From assembly GCA_002352345.1 (NCBI GenBank), contig DEIG01000011.1:46801-110800 (forward strand): a stretch of 64,000 nt of DNA. The letters are read 5' to 3'. Positions 9,595 through 19,811 of this stretch are shown here, piece by piece; the stretch's first letter is position 1, and every line of letters starts with the position of its first letter. Made by a program: the position numbers and the translations under genes. Under the pieces are notes generated by a model. The model made no database searches. It was not told where the DNA came from and was given only the letters and a program-made list of their open reading frames with translations. This DNA is from Methylococcaceae bacterium UBA2780 (lineage in GTDB: Bacteria > Pseudomonadota > Gammaproteobacteria > Methylococcales > UBA2780).

Positions 9595-11922
9595 TTAACG
9601 ATTCCAATAGCGGCCAGTTTTCATGCGAAAGCTTTCAGGATCAATCGCTCTGCTCTTCTGCTTAAAATGAACCGTTATCGCACCGTGGCTCGCAGTATCT
9701 AGAGATTTAACGGCTCGCCGCTGATAGCGCATAACAACCACTTCAGCAGGGAATTTAAATCGATTTCGATAGCCTAGTGGAAAAAACGCATAACTCGGTT
9801 TAACCGCATCAATAAAGCTTGCTGACGAAGAGCTCTTGCTGCCATGATGAGGCACGACTAAAACATCGCTCTTCAAATCACTTCCATAACGCTTAACCAG
9901 CCGCTTTTCCGCCTCTTTTTCAATGTCTCCCGTCAATAGAAACGTGCCGGCAGGTGAGCTAACGTGCAATACACAGGAACGATTATTTTCAGATCCAGCT
10001 CCCTCTAGTGGTGGATTTAGAAATCGGAATAAAACACCATCCCACTGCCAGTTCTGGCCCTCTTCACACAGCTTTGGTTGAAACCAATTAAATTTTTCCG
10101 GCTCACTCGTTAACAGCTCATCAACAGCTAACTGCTTAACAATGGCTTTGGCCCCACCTCTATGATCTAAATCCCCATGACTAATGATCAACTTATCGAC
10201 TTTTGAGAGCCCGAGAGATTGAACATAAGGGACAACAACCATAGCGCCTATATCAAACCGCCTTCCAAACTTAGCCCCGGCATCAAAAACTAGAAGATGT
10301 TCAGTTGTTTGGACAACAGCTGAAAGCCCCTGCCCTACATCCAATAACGTCGCCTTAAAATCACCCGCCTCTATCACAGGTTGACGGACAAAAATCACTG
10401 GCAGAAGAAGCAACCCAGCCAGCCAACGCGCAGGAAACCCTTTTGGCGCAAACAGCACAAAAACCCCAACCATTGCTAAACAAGCTCCCCAACCAGTTGG
10501 CGCTGCTGACACCCAATCAGAAACTGGCAGATAGGAAAGTTGGCCTAAAAAGAAAACCAATCCATCAAGACAGTCACTAGCAAATCCTAAAGCAAAGTGA
10601 CTCAAACTAGGCGCAAGATACAGAAGCAGAAGTGCTAACAAAATAACAGGAACGATAAGCAATCCAACCAAAGGTATCGCCACCAAATTAGCTAAAGGGG
10701 CAATCACTGAAAATTGTTGAAAAAACAGCAGCAAAATAGGTGCTAAGCCTATCGCCAGAATAATATGGATTTTTTGTTTTTTGAAGATATTCCTCTCACG
10801 CCCAACTCGACCTGCAGAGAGATAAACAATCAGAAAAACCGCACTAAATGAAAGCCAGAAACTCGCTGAATTAACAGCGAATGGATCGAAAACAAGTACC
10901 GTAATAAGTGCCACAGAAAGAAGGTTTAGAGGGGAGCGCTCTCTTTTCCAAATCACGGCAAGCATAATAACCAGCACCATTATTAGTGCACGCTGCGTTG
11001 GGAGTGCAAAATCGGCCAGCACCGCATAACAGGCTGCAACAACAATCGAGGCCGAAGCTGCCACTTGATAAGGCGCAAGTCTTGCAATTCTTATTCGCGA
11101 ACTGAACCACTTTACTAAAAAGAAGATCAAACCGGCCACAAGACCAATATGCAGCCCTGAAATAGCAACAAGGTGAGAGGTGCCTGTTTTTCGAAACAGG
11201 TCCCACTGCTCAGCGGTTATCTCTTTTCTAGAGCCAATTGCCAGCGCCTTAACAACACCCACCACTTGGCTACCCGCTAGCATCAGATCAATTTGCTCAC
11301 CAATTTGCTGCCTTAATCGACCAAAAGAGGCAAACACTCCCCCTTCTTCACCCAGCAAACGGTTCTCGCCCGAACGACGCACATATCCAGTTGCCCGGAT
11401 CTTCTTTTCAAAAAGCCAACCCTCATAATCAAACCCACCTGGATTGAGCATACCGTGCGGTTTTTTCAGGCGGACAAGTAACCTCCACTGCTGACCAACA
11501 CGAAGCTCAGGGTAATCCTTATACCACCCCAATCTGATTTTACTTGGGACAGCTCCAGATTCAGCCCCAGCCTGCACGCTTTCAACACTAAAAAGAAATC
11601 GAGTTCCAAAATCAAAAGGCTCTGGAATAGAGATAACGGAGCCTTCTACTTGAACATCCACCCCTTCTAACTGCTCATCCAAATGATCCTGCATATTTAT
11701 ATGTGCAGACAACAGCGCCCAGCCAAACCCGAGAGCAAACCAGGCAAGAATCCGACTATTAATGTGGAAGAGAGAAAAAACGGAAAGCCCCAAAGGGGCC
11801 AACCAAAGCCAGTTAGGCAACCATTGAAACTGCTGTAAAAGAACAATTCCTAAAGTAAAAGCAAGCGCGTGCATCATCTTATCCCTGATAATTACCTTAA
11901 AACCGAACAGCTTAGGCTTCAC
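9595..11922 (-). CDS. comEC: DNA internalization-related competence protein ComEC/Rec2
   Basis: 775 aa with a polytopic membrane core plus a C-terminal metallo-beta-lactamase domain (ISHGDLDHRGG). The true start may be the internal Met pair (MMHALAF). Confidence 0.88.
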   Translation of the reverse strand: MKPKLFGFKVIIRDKMMHALAFTLGIVLLQQFQWLPNWLWLAPLGLSVFSLFHINSRILAWFALGFGWALLSAHINMQDHLDEQLEGVDVQVEGSVISIPEPFDFGTRFLFSVESVQAGAESGAVPSKIRLGWYKDYPELRVGQQWRLLVRLKKPHGMLNPGGFDYEGWLFEKKIRATGYVRRSGENRLLGEEGGVFASFGRLRQQIGEQIDLMLAGSQVVGVVKALAIGSRKEITAEQWDLFRKTGTSHLVAISGLHIGLVAGLIFFLVKWFSSRIRIARLAPYQVAASASIVVAACYAVLADFALPTQRALIMVLVIMLAVIWKRERSPLNLLSVALITVLVFDPFAVNSASFWLSFSAVFLIVYLSAGRVGRERNIFKKQKIHIILAIGLAPILLLFFQQFSVIAPLANLVAIPLVGLLIVPVILLALLLLYLAPSLSHFALGFASDCLDGLVFFLGQLSYLPVSDWVSAAPTGWGACLAMVGVFVLFAPKGFPARWLAGLLLLPVIFVRQPVIEAGDFKATLLDVGQGLSAVVQTTEHLLVFDAGAKFGRRFDIGAMVVVPYVQSLGLSKVDKLIISHGDLDHRGGAKAIVKQLAVDELLTSEPEKFNWFQPKLCEEGQNWQWDGVLFRFLNPPLEGAGSENNRSCVLHVSSPAGTFLLTGDIEKEAEKRLVKRYGSDLKSDVLVVPHHGSKSSSSASFIDAVKPSYAFFPLGYRNRFKFPAEVVVMRYQRRAVKSLDTASHGAITVHFKQKSRAIDPESFRMKTGRYWNR

Positions 11923-11981
11923 ACAAAACTAAAAAACAAAGTATACTTTTACAGTAAAACCAATCTTAAAAAAAGGGTTCC

Positions 11982-12503
11982 ATGCCAAAGAAACTGATCA
12001 AAAGGTACATGCCAAATCACGAGACGATTCGTGACCACAAACACCTACAGTTCTTTGGAGACCACCTTCATAACCCCAATTTATGGCACCTTAACCGGCA
12101 GTCTGTATCCGGGGCTTTTGCCGTTGGATTGTTCTGCGCCTACATACCCGTTCCTTTTCAAATGGTGATTGCAGCGGCGTTGGCTATTCTTTTTTGCACC
12201 AACCTGACCATCTCTGTTGCTCTGGTCTGGATCACCAACCCTATCACCATGCCAGCCCTTTTCTACTTTGCCTATTTGGTTGGCGCTTGGGCAATGCAAA
12301 CTCCCAACACTGTTGATCACAGTGAATTCTCTGTTGATTCAGTATTGGAGGGGCTTGGCGAAATCTGGGAGCCCTTTTTATTGGGCTGTTTTATCAGTGG
12401 AACCGTATTAGCGATTCTTGGCTATGTTGGCATTCGAATTTTATGGCGGGTCAATATTACGAGGCGGTGGGAACAGCGAAAAAAAAGCAGAGGTAGCCGC
12501 TAA
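11982..12503 (+). CDS. DUF2062 family membrane protein
   Basis: 173 aa. The N-terminus (HLHNPNLWHLNRQSVSGAFAVGLFCAYIP) and three TM helices match the DUF2062 pattern as I remember it. Confidence 0.6.
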   Translation: MPKKLIKRYMPNHETIRDHKHLQFFGDHLHNPNLWHLNRQSVSGAFAVGLFCAYIPVPFQMVIAAALAILFCTNLTISVALVWITNPITMPALFYFAYLVGAWAMQTPNTVDHSEFSVDSVLEGLGEIWEPFLLGCFISGTVLAILGYVGIRILWRVNITRRWEQRKKSRGSR

Positions 12504-13192
12504 CTTACAGATGGGCTAACAATTTTCCCATCCTCTAGGTGGACAATCCTACCCATCTGCTCCGCAACAGACAGATCGTGCGTCACAACAAGAAAGCTCG
12601 TTTCAAGCTCTTCATTTAAAGCCTGCATCAACTCAACTACCTGCAAAGCTGTTTTTCGATCCAAATTTCCCGTTGGCTCATCAGCCAGTACACATTTTGG
12701 TTGGGTCACCAGTGCCCTAGCAATCGCCGCACGCTGACGCTCACCACCAGACAACTCACCCGGTTTATGGCGCACTCTCTTAGATAATCCGACCCTACCT
12801 AAAATAGCATTGGCTGCCTCAAGGCACTCTGCAGGCTGACAACCACGAATCAGCATCGGCATTCCTACATTTTCGAGCAGGCTAAACTCGCCTAACAGAT
12901 GATGAAACTGGTAAACAAACCCCAACACTCTGTTTCTCAGGTGACTTTGCGACGACTCCGATAATTTTGATAACAATTGACCATCAACCAAAACATCACC
13001 TGATGTCGGCTTATCAAGACCCCCCAACAGATGCAGCAGCGTGCTTTTTCCAGAACCAGATGCGCCCATAATTGCAACGCGTTCGCCAACACCAATGGAG
13101 AAATTAACCTCCTTTAAAACTTCGACATCAAGATCGTCTTGACCATAATGTTTACAGAGAGAGCGGCAGGCAATAATTTTCTGATCACTCAT
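12500..13192 (-). CDS. lolD: Lipoprotein-releasing system ATP-binding protein LolD
   Basis: 230 aa with Walker A GASGSGKST, signature LSGGERQR and Walker B LADEPTGNLD. Overlaps the upstream LolC/E-type permease gene. Confidence 0.9.
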   Translation of the reverse strand: MSDQKIIACRSLCKHYGQDDLDVEVLKEVNFSIGVGERVAIMGASGSGKSTLLHLLGGLDKPTSGDVLVDGQLLSKLSESSQSHLRNRVLGFVYQFHHLLGEFSLLENVGMPMLIRGCQPAECLEAANAILGRVGLSKRVRHKPGELSGGERQRAAIARALVTQPKCVLADEPTGNLDRKTALQVVELMQALNEELETSFLVVTHDLSVAEQMGRIVHLEDGKIVSPSVS

Positions 13193-14432
13193 ATCTCAAC
13201 GCCTCTGCAGGGTTAATTCTGGATGCTTGCCAAGCAGGATAGAGTGTTGCTAACAAAGACAACAAAAGAGATGTTCCTGCTATCTGAAACACATCAGCCC
13301 AAACTAATTTTGAAGGCAATTCGCTAATGTTATAGACATCAGCCGATAAAAACTGAACCCCAAAGAAGCTTTCTATTGCAGGAACAATTGTCCCGACATT
13401 TAGTGCAAGAGAAACACCACCCAAAACACCTAGAGCCGTACCCACGATACCAATAACAGAACCGGTCACAATAAATATCCCCATAACCCGTATTGGGGTT
13501 AACCCTTGTGTCCTCAAAATAGCAATATCAGGTCGTTTATCGGTCACCACCATCACTAGTGTTGAAACAATATTAAAAGCCGCCACCGCCACAATAAGTA
13601 GAAGAATAATAAACATAACCCGTTTTTCGGTCTTAATTGCCCGAAAAAAACTGTTATTCGTACGTGTCCAATCACTAATAAAATAGCGCCCTTTTATTTG
13701 ACCCAGCAGATCACGCGTTACCTCTGGTGCTAGAAACAGATCCTGTAGCTTTAGCCTTAGCCCAGAAACCGCCCCGCGCAATTTCAGCAATTTCGCAGCA
13801 TCATCAATCTGTATCAATGCAAGATTACGGTCGTATTCATACATGCCAATCTTAAAGACACCAACCACCTTAAATCGGCGCAATCTGGGCAACACCCCTG
13901 CTGGAGTCGAATTCAGTTGAGGAGAAATAACCGTCACCTGATCACCCGGAATAACACCTAAGTGGCTAGCTAGAGCTGAACCAAGGATAATGCCATATTC
14001 ACCCGCAATCAGTTGATCCGCAGAGCCAACTATCACTTTAGAGGTAACGTCCGAAACAGCGCCTTCAAGAGCTGGATCAATCCCTCGTAGCATCGCACCA
14101 CTCACGCGCTTACCGACACTCAGCATCACCTGACCTTTAACATAAGGGGCCCAACCGCTGATTTTGCTATTTTTTTGAACAACGGCTTCCAAAGATTGCC
14201 AATTATTCAGCCTGCCCCTGTCTCCAGTGATTGTTGCGTGGGAGGTCATCCCAAGAATACGCTCACGCAATTCTGCCTCAAATCCATTCATAACAGAGAG
14301 AACTGTAATTAGCGCCGTAACGCCCAAAGCAATCCCCATGACAGAAGTCAATGTGATAAATGAGATAAAATTAGTACGCCGCTTTGCCCGCGTGTAACGC
14401 AGACCGACATATAGAACCAATGGCTTAAACAT
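13185..14432 (-). CDS. Lipoprotein-releasing system permease (LolC/LolE/LolF type)
   Basis: 415 aa with MacB/FtsX topology: TM1, a large periplasmic domain, then three C-terminal TM helices. Directly upstream of lolD. Confidence 0.88.
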   Translation of the reverse strand: MFKPLVLYVGLRYTRAKRRTNFISFITLTSVMGIALGVTALITVLSVMNGFEAELRERILGMTSHATITGDRGRLNNWQSLEAVVQKNSKISGWAPYVKGQVMLSVGKRVSGAMLRGIDPALEGAVSDVTSKVIVGSADQLIAGEYGIILGSALASHLGVIPGDQVTVISPQLNSTPAGVLPRLRRFKVVGVFKIGMYEYDRNLALIQIDDAAKLLKLRGAVSGLRLKLQDLFLAPEVTRDLLGQIKGRYFISDWTRTNNSFFRAIKTEKRVMFIILLLIVAVAAFNIVSTLVMVVTDKRPDIAILRTQGLTPIRVMGIFIVTGSVIGIVGTALGVLGGVSLALNVGTIVPAIESFFGVQFLSADVYNISELPSKLVWADVFQIAGTSLLLSLLATLYPAWQASRINPAEALRYE

Positions 14433-14590
14433 GGGTGCGGATTAAAGCATAAAGAGCGATTCCATGAAAACTAAACATTTTCTAGTCTACTATTAGTGAG
14501 TATGAAATATACGCCAATTGCCCTACTCGCCTACGCACCATTAGCTAATAATGGTATATTTATCCGACATTTAACTCTAAGGAACAGTTC

Positions 14591-14902
14591 ATGCGCCGAC
14601 TAAAATTAAGCAGCCTATTTGTCTGCCTTTCCCTGAGCCAACCCCTGTTAGCTGACACACTCATGCTCGACTCAATCAATGCAGAACCGATCAACAGTGA
14701 AGCAGGCCTGCTTAGACCAACAAAAGGCATGACTGCACAGCAAGTTTTTAACAAGTTTGGAAAACCACTCGAGGAAAAAGCTGCCGTCGGCCAGCCACCA
14801 ATCACCCGATGGATTTATAGCGACTTTAAAGTCTATTTTGAATACGACCATGTTATCCGCTCTGTCGTTAATCGAAATAAAATCAACGAAAAGAACCCCT
14901 GA
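14591..14902 (+). CDS. Small secreted hypothetical protein
   Basis: 103 aa with an AAGGAA RBS and an N-terminal signal peptide (LSSLFVCLSLSQPLLA). I do not recognise the family with confidence. Confidence 0.6.
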   Translation: MRRLKLSSLFVCLSLSQPLLADTLMLDSINAEPINSEAGLLRPTKGMTAQQVFNKFGKPLEEKAAVGQPPITRWIYSDFKVYFEYDHVIRSVVNRNKINEKNP

Positions 14903-15005
14903 TCAAGCTATGGCTGTCCTATAGCAGTGATGAAATCTCTTTAGACTAATCATAGGCTCCTTAACAGAACGAGTTATTGATTAGGTTTGGAAAACAGCAG
15001 GCAAT

Positions 15006-15043
15006 AAAAAAGGAGGGGGCATGTTTAATGCCCTCTCCTTTTT
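15006..15043. terminator. Bidirectional rho-independent terminator
   Basis: GGAGGGGGCAT-gttta-ATGCCCTCTCC (one G-T pair), flanked by an A-run and a T-run. It lies between the convergent genes ending at 14902 (+) and 15060 (-). Confidence 0.8.
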
Positions 15044-15059
15044 GCGTTTTTAAAATAGA

Positions 15060-15374
15060 TTAGATCAGAAAATCTTCGCGATTCTTACCGGCATCAACCA
15101 GTGCCTTCATCCATCTTGGCATTACGCCACGCCCAGTCCAGACCTGAGATGCATCATCAGGGTTTCTATATTTAGGCGCCACCTTACCACCTTTGCGGCT
15201 ATTTTTTACACGGCCACCCACAATTTCAACTTTTACATCGATGGAGGCTGCTAAACGGTTAATTTCAGCAAGTACCTCTTTACGTTTATCTGCCTGCTTC
15301 TTTTTCAGCGCTATTTCGGCATCTGAAATCATTTGTTGCAGTTCATTTTCAGAAAGGCTAGTCAAGTTCGACAT
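15060..15374 (-). CDS. H-NS family nucleoid-associated protein
   Basis: The C-terminus YRNPDDASQVWTGRGVMPRWMKALVDAGKNREDFLI matches the H-NS DNA-binding motif (TWTGQGRTP), and the N-terminal half is a coiled coil. I place the start at the internal ATG 15374 (MSNLTSL), which has an AGGA upstream. The 25 extra codons in the ORF track lie in AT-rich promoter DNA. Confidence 0.85.
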   Translation of the reverse strand: MSNLTSLSENELQQMISDAEIALKKKQADKRKEVLAEINRLAASIDVKVEIVGGRVKNSRKGGKVAPKYRNPDDASQVWTGRGVMPRWMKALVDAGKNREDFLI

Positions 15375-15606
15375 GTTAATTCCTATAATATTTTTGTTTA
15401 AACCAAATTCAAGCTCTTTAAATATAATATTAAATAAATTAAAAGGCAATATTAGATATAAAAATTAAACCGTATTACAACAAATAAAAACACTATAAAT
15501 AATAAGCTAAAATACCCATATAAAATATTAATAAAGATGGTTCCTCTTTCTTTATACTCACGCAAGAGATAGGATTGGCAAAACCGCAATCTCTGGATAC
15601 TTAGCC

Positions 15607-16263
15607 ATGAACAGATTAAAAACAGCCCTCTACCTCTCTATTCTGCCCATTCTAGCGTTGACCTCATTCCCTTCGGTTTCTGAGGAGCTAGTCGTCAAAA
15701 TTAGTCGTGATATCTCCTCAATTAAAGCAATCCACAACGGCCAACCCATCACAATCCAAAGAAACCAGAATACAAAAAACAAAATAGCCGATAACTACGC
15801 ATTGACCTCCCGCCCCTGCCCCCGCTTTTGCATTCAGCCTATAAAGTTAGCCCCAGGGGTTGAGACCATTGGTGAACTCGAAGTAATCGACTACCTCCAG
15901 CAAATACAGCGTGGAAATAACCAAATATTAGTTGTCGATTCACGCACGCCTGATTGGGTTAAAAAAGGCACAATACCTGGCTCAATCAGTATCCCCTGGA
16001 CATCCCTTAACGAAGATAGTGGTGCGGATTCAATTTCAATTGGCGAGATCCTTGAAAGCCAATTTAATGCGATTGAACAAGATAATGGATGGGACTTTTC
16101 AAAAGCCAAAACAGTTGCTTTCTTCTGTAATGGAATGTGGTGTGGACAGTCTGGAAATAGCATTAAGGCGCTTTTAAAAATGGGATATCCTGCTGAAAAG
16201 TTAAAGTGGTATCGAGATGGCATGCAAACTTGGGAAGCGCTCGGACTGACAACGGTTAAATAG
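15607..16263 (+). CDS. Periplasmic rhodanese-domain protein
   Basis: 218 aa with a signal peptide and a C-terminal rhodanese fold containing an active-site-loop-like FFCNGMWCGQS segment. Confidence 0.7.
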   Translation: MNRLKTALYLSILPILALTSFPSVSEELVVKISRDISSIKAIHNGQPITIQRNQNTKNKIADNYALTSRPCPRFCIQPIKLAPGVETIGELEVIDYLQQIQRGNNQILVVDSRTPDWVKKGTIPGSISIPWTSLNEDSGADSISIGEILESQFNAIEQDNGWDFSKAKTVAFFCNGMWCGQSGNSIKALLKMGYPAEKLKWYRDGMQTWEALGLTTVK

Positions 16264-16343
16264 CGGCATGTTCTGGTTCCGAAGATAACCTGATTATGGG
16301 AAAATTAGCGATGATTTAACCACTCAAGAAACGCTAACCGCTA

Positions 16344-19300
16344 ATGTCTGCCTCTTTTTCTTCACACCCACTTTTCTCTCCAACTTTACCAACAAAACCA
16401 GGCAAGCCCCATTTCTGGTCTAATCTGAATGGTTGTGCAGACTCTCTTGCTCTAGCGAATGCTGTTCGTAACAACAATAACCTGTTCGTTGTCGTCACAC
16501 GTGACAATCAAACCGCACTGCGCCTTGAGCACGAAGTTCGCTTCTTTCTAGGAGATGAGAGCGCTGTTCTTCAGTTTCCAGACTGGGAGACACTTCCTTA
16601 CGACCTCTACTCACCACTGCCCGAGATCGTTTCTGAACGGCTCCACACACTTTCTAGGCTTCCGCAGATAAAACAGGGGCTTCTGATTGTTTCTATTAGT
16701 ACGTTACTACAGAAACTCTCCCCCAGAACACATATCCTTGCCCATACTTTTACCGTCAAAATTGGCGAACAATTCAATATCGATTTGACTCGTCAAAAGC
16801 TCGAACAGGGTGGCTATCAGAACGTTTCTCAAGTGTTTCAGCACGGTGAATTTGCTGTTCGGGGCTCAATTATTGACCTTTTCCCGATGGGGCACTCAAC
16901 CCCCTTTCGCATCGAACTATTCGATGACGAGGTTGAATCGATCAGAACTTTTGACCCAGAAAATCAGCGCTCACTCGGGAAAAAAGAGAGTATCGAGCTT
17001 TTTCCTGCTCGCGAATTCCCTTTTGATGAGGCGGCAATTAAGCAGTTTCGCCCCGCCTTCCGCAATGCTTTTCCCGGTAAAGAAAATTCTGTCATTTACA
17101 AAGAGGTCAGTAAAGAATTAGCGCCCGGCGGGATAGAGTATTACTTTCCGCTATTTGTAGAGCAGACCGAATCACTCTTCAACTATTTTCCTGACAGCAC
17201 AACACTTATTTTTAGTGGCGAAGAGACCATCACAACGGCCTTACAATTCCACCAAGAGGTGGAAAGTCGTTACGAAGAGAGACGGCATGATAAAGAGCGC
17301 CCTATCTTGCCACCGCAGCAACTTTGGCTCTCCCCTAGCGAGCTTGATGACCAGATCAAACAATTTAAACTGGTACAAATAACCACTGACCCCGAACATA
17401 AAGCAGGTACAAGTTATAAAGCCCAGTCATTGCCCGACCTCTCCTTGCAAGGCAAATACAAAGAACCTGCAGAACAGCTCCAACAATTTCTCGATCAATT
17501 CGATGGTAAGACACTCCTAATTGCTGAAACAGCAGGTCACCGTGAAGCCCTGATTGAAACGGTCAAACCGCTCCAACTTCGCCCGATAACGATCAAAACA
17601 TGGGCTGATTTTCTAGAATCTGACCACCCTCTCTCGATCCTTGTCGCACCTATGGATCACGGCATATGGCTTGAGCACCCCGCCATTACCATCATCACAG
17701 AGGCTCAGCTTGCAGGAGAAAAGGTTCAGCAACGTCGTAGACGCCGTACCTCCTCAAAACATGAACTCGAAAACATCATCAACAACCTTTCTGATCTTGA
17801 AATGGGTGTTGCTGTTGTTCACCAGGATCACGGAGTTGGGCGCTACCTAGGCCTTAAAAAGATGTCGGTTGGTGAAATTGAAACCGAATTCCTAACACTC
17901 GAATACGCCAACGCGGACAAACTGTATGTTCCCGTCTCTTCACTGCATCTCATTGGCCGATTCAATGGAGCCAGCCCCGAAAATGCACCGCTCCACAAAC
18001 TCGGCAGTGGTCAATGGCAAAAGGCACGACGAAAAGCGATGGAGCGCGTCCGAGATGTCGCAGCTGAACTGCTTGAAGTCAATGCCAAACGAGGTGCTCG
18101 CAAAGGTTACGCTTTCAAGTTAGATAAAGCCGATTACAATAACTTTGCAGCCGCATTCCCCTTTGAAGAGACCCCAGATCAAATGACCGCAATCGAACAG
18201 GTTGTTGCGGACATGTGTTCAGACAGCCCAATGGATCGTGTTATTTGTGGTGATGTCGGTTTTGGGAAAACCGAGGTGGCAATGCGAGCCACCTTTGTGG
18301 CTGTTCAAAGTGGAAAACAGGTTGCCATCGTCGCGCCAACCACCCTGCTTGCCCAGCAGCATTTTCAGAACTTTAGAGACCGTTTTGCCGATTGGCCCGT
18401 GCGCGTCGAATCACTATCGCGCTTTAATACCAAAAAACAACAAGACCAGACTATCGCAGCGCTTGCTGAGGGAAAAGCCGATATCGTAATCGGCACACAC
18501 AAGCTTTTTCAGAAAAGCATCCAATATAAATCACTCGGACTCGTTATCATTGATGAAGAGCATCGTTTCGGGGTAACACAAAAAGAGTATTTCAAAAAGT
18601 TACGTAGCGAGGTTGACCTGCTAACACTCACCGCCACACCGATCCCCAGAACACTCAATATGGCAATGTCAGGGCTTCGCGATATATCCATTATTGCTAG
18701 TCCACCACCTAACCGCCACACCATCCAAACATTTGTTAGTGAGTGGAATGATAATGAGGTTCGCGAGGCTTGCCTGCGTGAAATCAGACGAGGAGGCCAA
18801 GTCTATTTTTTACACAACAATGTAGAGTCAATGCCAAGAATGATGAGGGAGCTTGAAAAGGTTATTCCTGAAGCGCGCATTGAGATGGCTCACGGACAGA
18901 TGCCGGAAAAAAATCTCGAACAGATTATGCTCGATTTCTATCACCAGCGCTTCAACCTCCTTCTCTGTAGCACCATTATTGAAAGCGGCATCGATGTCCC
19001 CAGTGCGAACACCATTATCATCAATAGAGCAGATAAACTTGGCCTTGCGCAACTCCATCAACTTCGTGGCCGTGTAGGCCGCTCTCACCACCGCGCCTAT
19101 GCTTACCTAATCCGCCCACCTGAAAAAGTGATCACAAAAGATGCAGTCAAACGTTTAAATGCCATTGAATCTGCTGGCGAACTGGGTGCTGGTTTCACCC
19201 TTTCCTCCCACGACATGGAAATCAGGGGCGCTGGAGAGCTGCTTGGTGATGATCAAAGCGGTCAAATTCAAGAAATTGGCTTTACGCTTTACACAGAGCT

Positions 19301-19811
19301 ACTCGAACGAGCAGTTGAGGCAATTCGCTCAGGAAAACAGCCCGAACTTGAAACAGCTACCGATAGCGGCCCTGAGATCGAGCTACAGTTAGCGGCAATT
19401 ATTCCCGATGACTACCTTCCAGATGTTCATAGCCGCCTCGTTCTTTACAAACGGATCGCCAGCGCCGAACAATCTGATGAGCTCAGAACTTTACAAATTG
19501 AGATGATAGACCGCTTTGGTTTACTGCCAGATAATGCCAAAAACCTATTTGCCGTCACAGAAATGAAGTTAAAAGCAGCAACATTAGGGATTCATAAAAT
19601 CACAGCCTCTGCCGCAGGTGGTACACTCACCTTCACCGAGCAACCAAACATTAGCCCCGAAGCGATTATTGGGCTCATCCAGAAAGAGGCTGCCATCTAC
19701 AAGTTAAATGGCCCAGAGAAGCTACGTTTTAGCTGCAACCTCGAAGATAACAGTGATCGCATCGACTTTGTTTCAGCCCTATTAAATAAATTGACGCCGC
19801 AAGAACCATGA
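16344..19811 (+). CDS. mfd: Transcription-repair coupling factor
   Basis: 1155 aa with Walker A GDVGFGKTEVA, a DEEHRFG box, superfamily-2 helicase motifs and a TRG region. Confidence 0.97.
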   Translation: MSASFSSHPLFSPTLPTKPGKPHFWSNLNGCADSLALANAVRNNNNLFVVVTRDNQTALRLEHEVRFFLGDESAVLQFPDWETLPYDLYSPLPEIVSERLHTLSRLPQIKQGLLIVSISTLLQKLSPRTHILAHTFTVKIGEQFNIDLTRQKLEQGGYQNVSQVFQHGEFAVRGSIIDLFPMGHSTPFRIELFDDEVESIRTFDPENQRSLGKKESIELFPAREFPFDEAAIKQFRPAFRNAFPGKENSVIYKEVSKELAPGGIEYYFPLFVEQTESLFNYFPDSTTLIFSGEETITTALQFHQEVESRYEERRHDKERPILPPQQLWLSPSELDDQIKQFKLVQITTDPEHKAGTSYKAQSLPDLSLQGKYKEPAEQLQQFLDQFDGKTLLIAETAGHREALIETVKPLQLRPITIKTWADFLESDHPLSILVAPMDHGIWLEHPAITIITEAQLAGEKVQQRRRRRTSSKHELENIINNLSDLEMGVAVVHQDHGVGRYLGLKKMSVGEIETEFLTLEYANADKLYVPVSSLHLIGRFNGASPENAPLHKLGSGQWQKARRKAMERVRDVAAELLEVNAKRGARKGYAFKLDKADYNNFAAAFPFEETPDQMTAIEQVVADMCSDSPMDRVICGDVGFGKTEVAMRATFVAVQSGKQVAIVAPTTLLAQQHFQNFRDRFADWPVRVESLSRFNTKKQQDQTIAALAEGKADIVIGTHKLFQKSIQYKSLGLVIIDEEHRFGVTQKEYFKKLRSEVDLLTLTATPIPRTLNMAMSGLRDISIIASPPPNRHTIQTFVSEWNDNEVREACLREIRRGGQVYFLHNNVESMPRMMRELEKVIPEARIEMAHGQMPEKNLEQIMLDFYHQRFNLLLCSTIIESGIDVPSANTIIINRADKLGLAQLHQLRGRVGRSHHRAYAYLIRPPEKVITKDAVKRLNAIESAGELGAGFTLSSHDMEIRGAGELLGDDQSGQIQEIGFTLYTELLERAVEAIRSGKQPELETATDSGPEIELQLAAIIPDDYLPDVHSRLVLYKRIASAEQSDELRTLQIEMIDRFGLLPDNAKNLFAVTEMKLKAATLGIHKITASAAGGTLTFTEQPNISPEAIIGLIQKEAAIYKLNGPEKLRFSCNLEDNSDRIDFVSALLNKLTPQEP

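Noticed and set aside
14560-14805. 81-aa minus-strand ORF overlapping the small secreted-protein gene
   Set aside because: The plus-strand ORF has an RBS and a clean signal peptide. The minus-strand product has neither and overlaps it almost completely.
15375-15449. 25-codon N-terminal extension of the H-NS-like ORF
   Set aside because: The extension (MPFNLFNIIFKELEFGLNKNIIGIN) lies in AT-rich promoter-like DNA. The internal ATG at 15374 has an AGGA upstream and gives a normal H-NS length.
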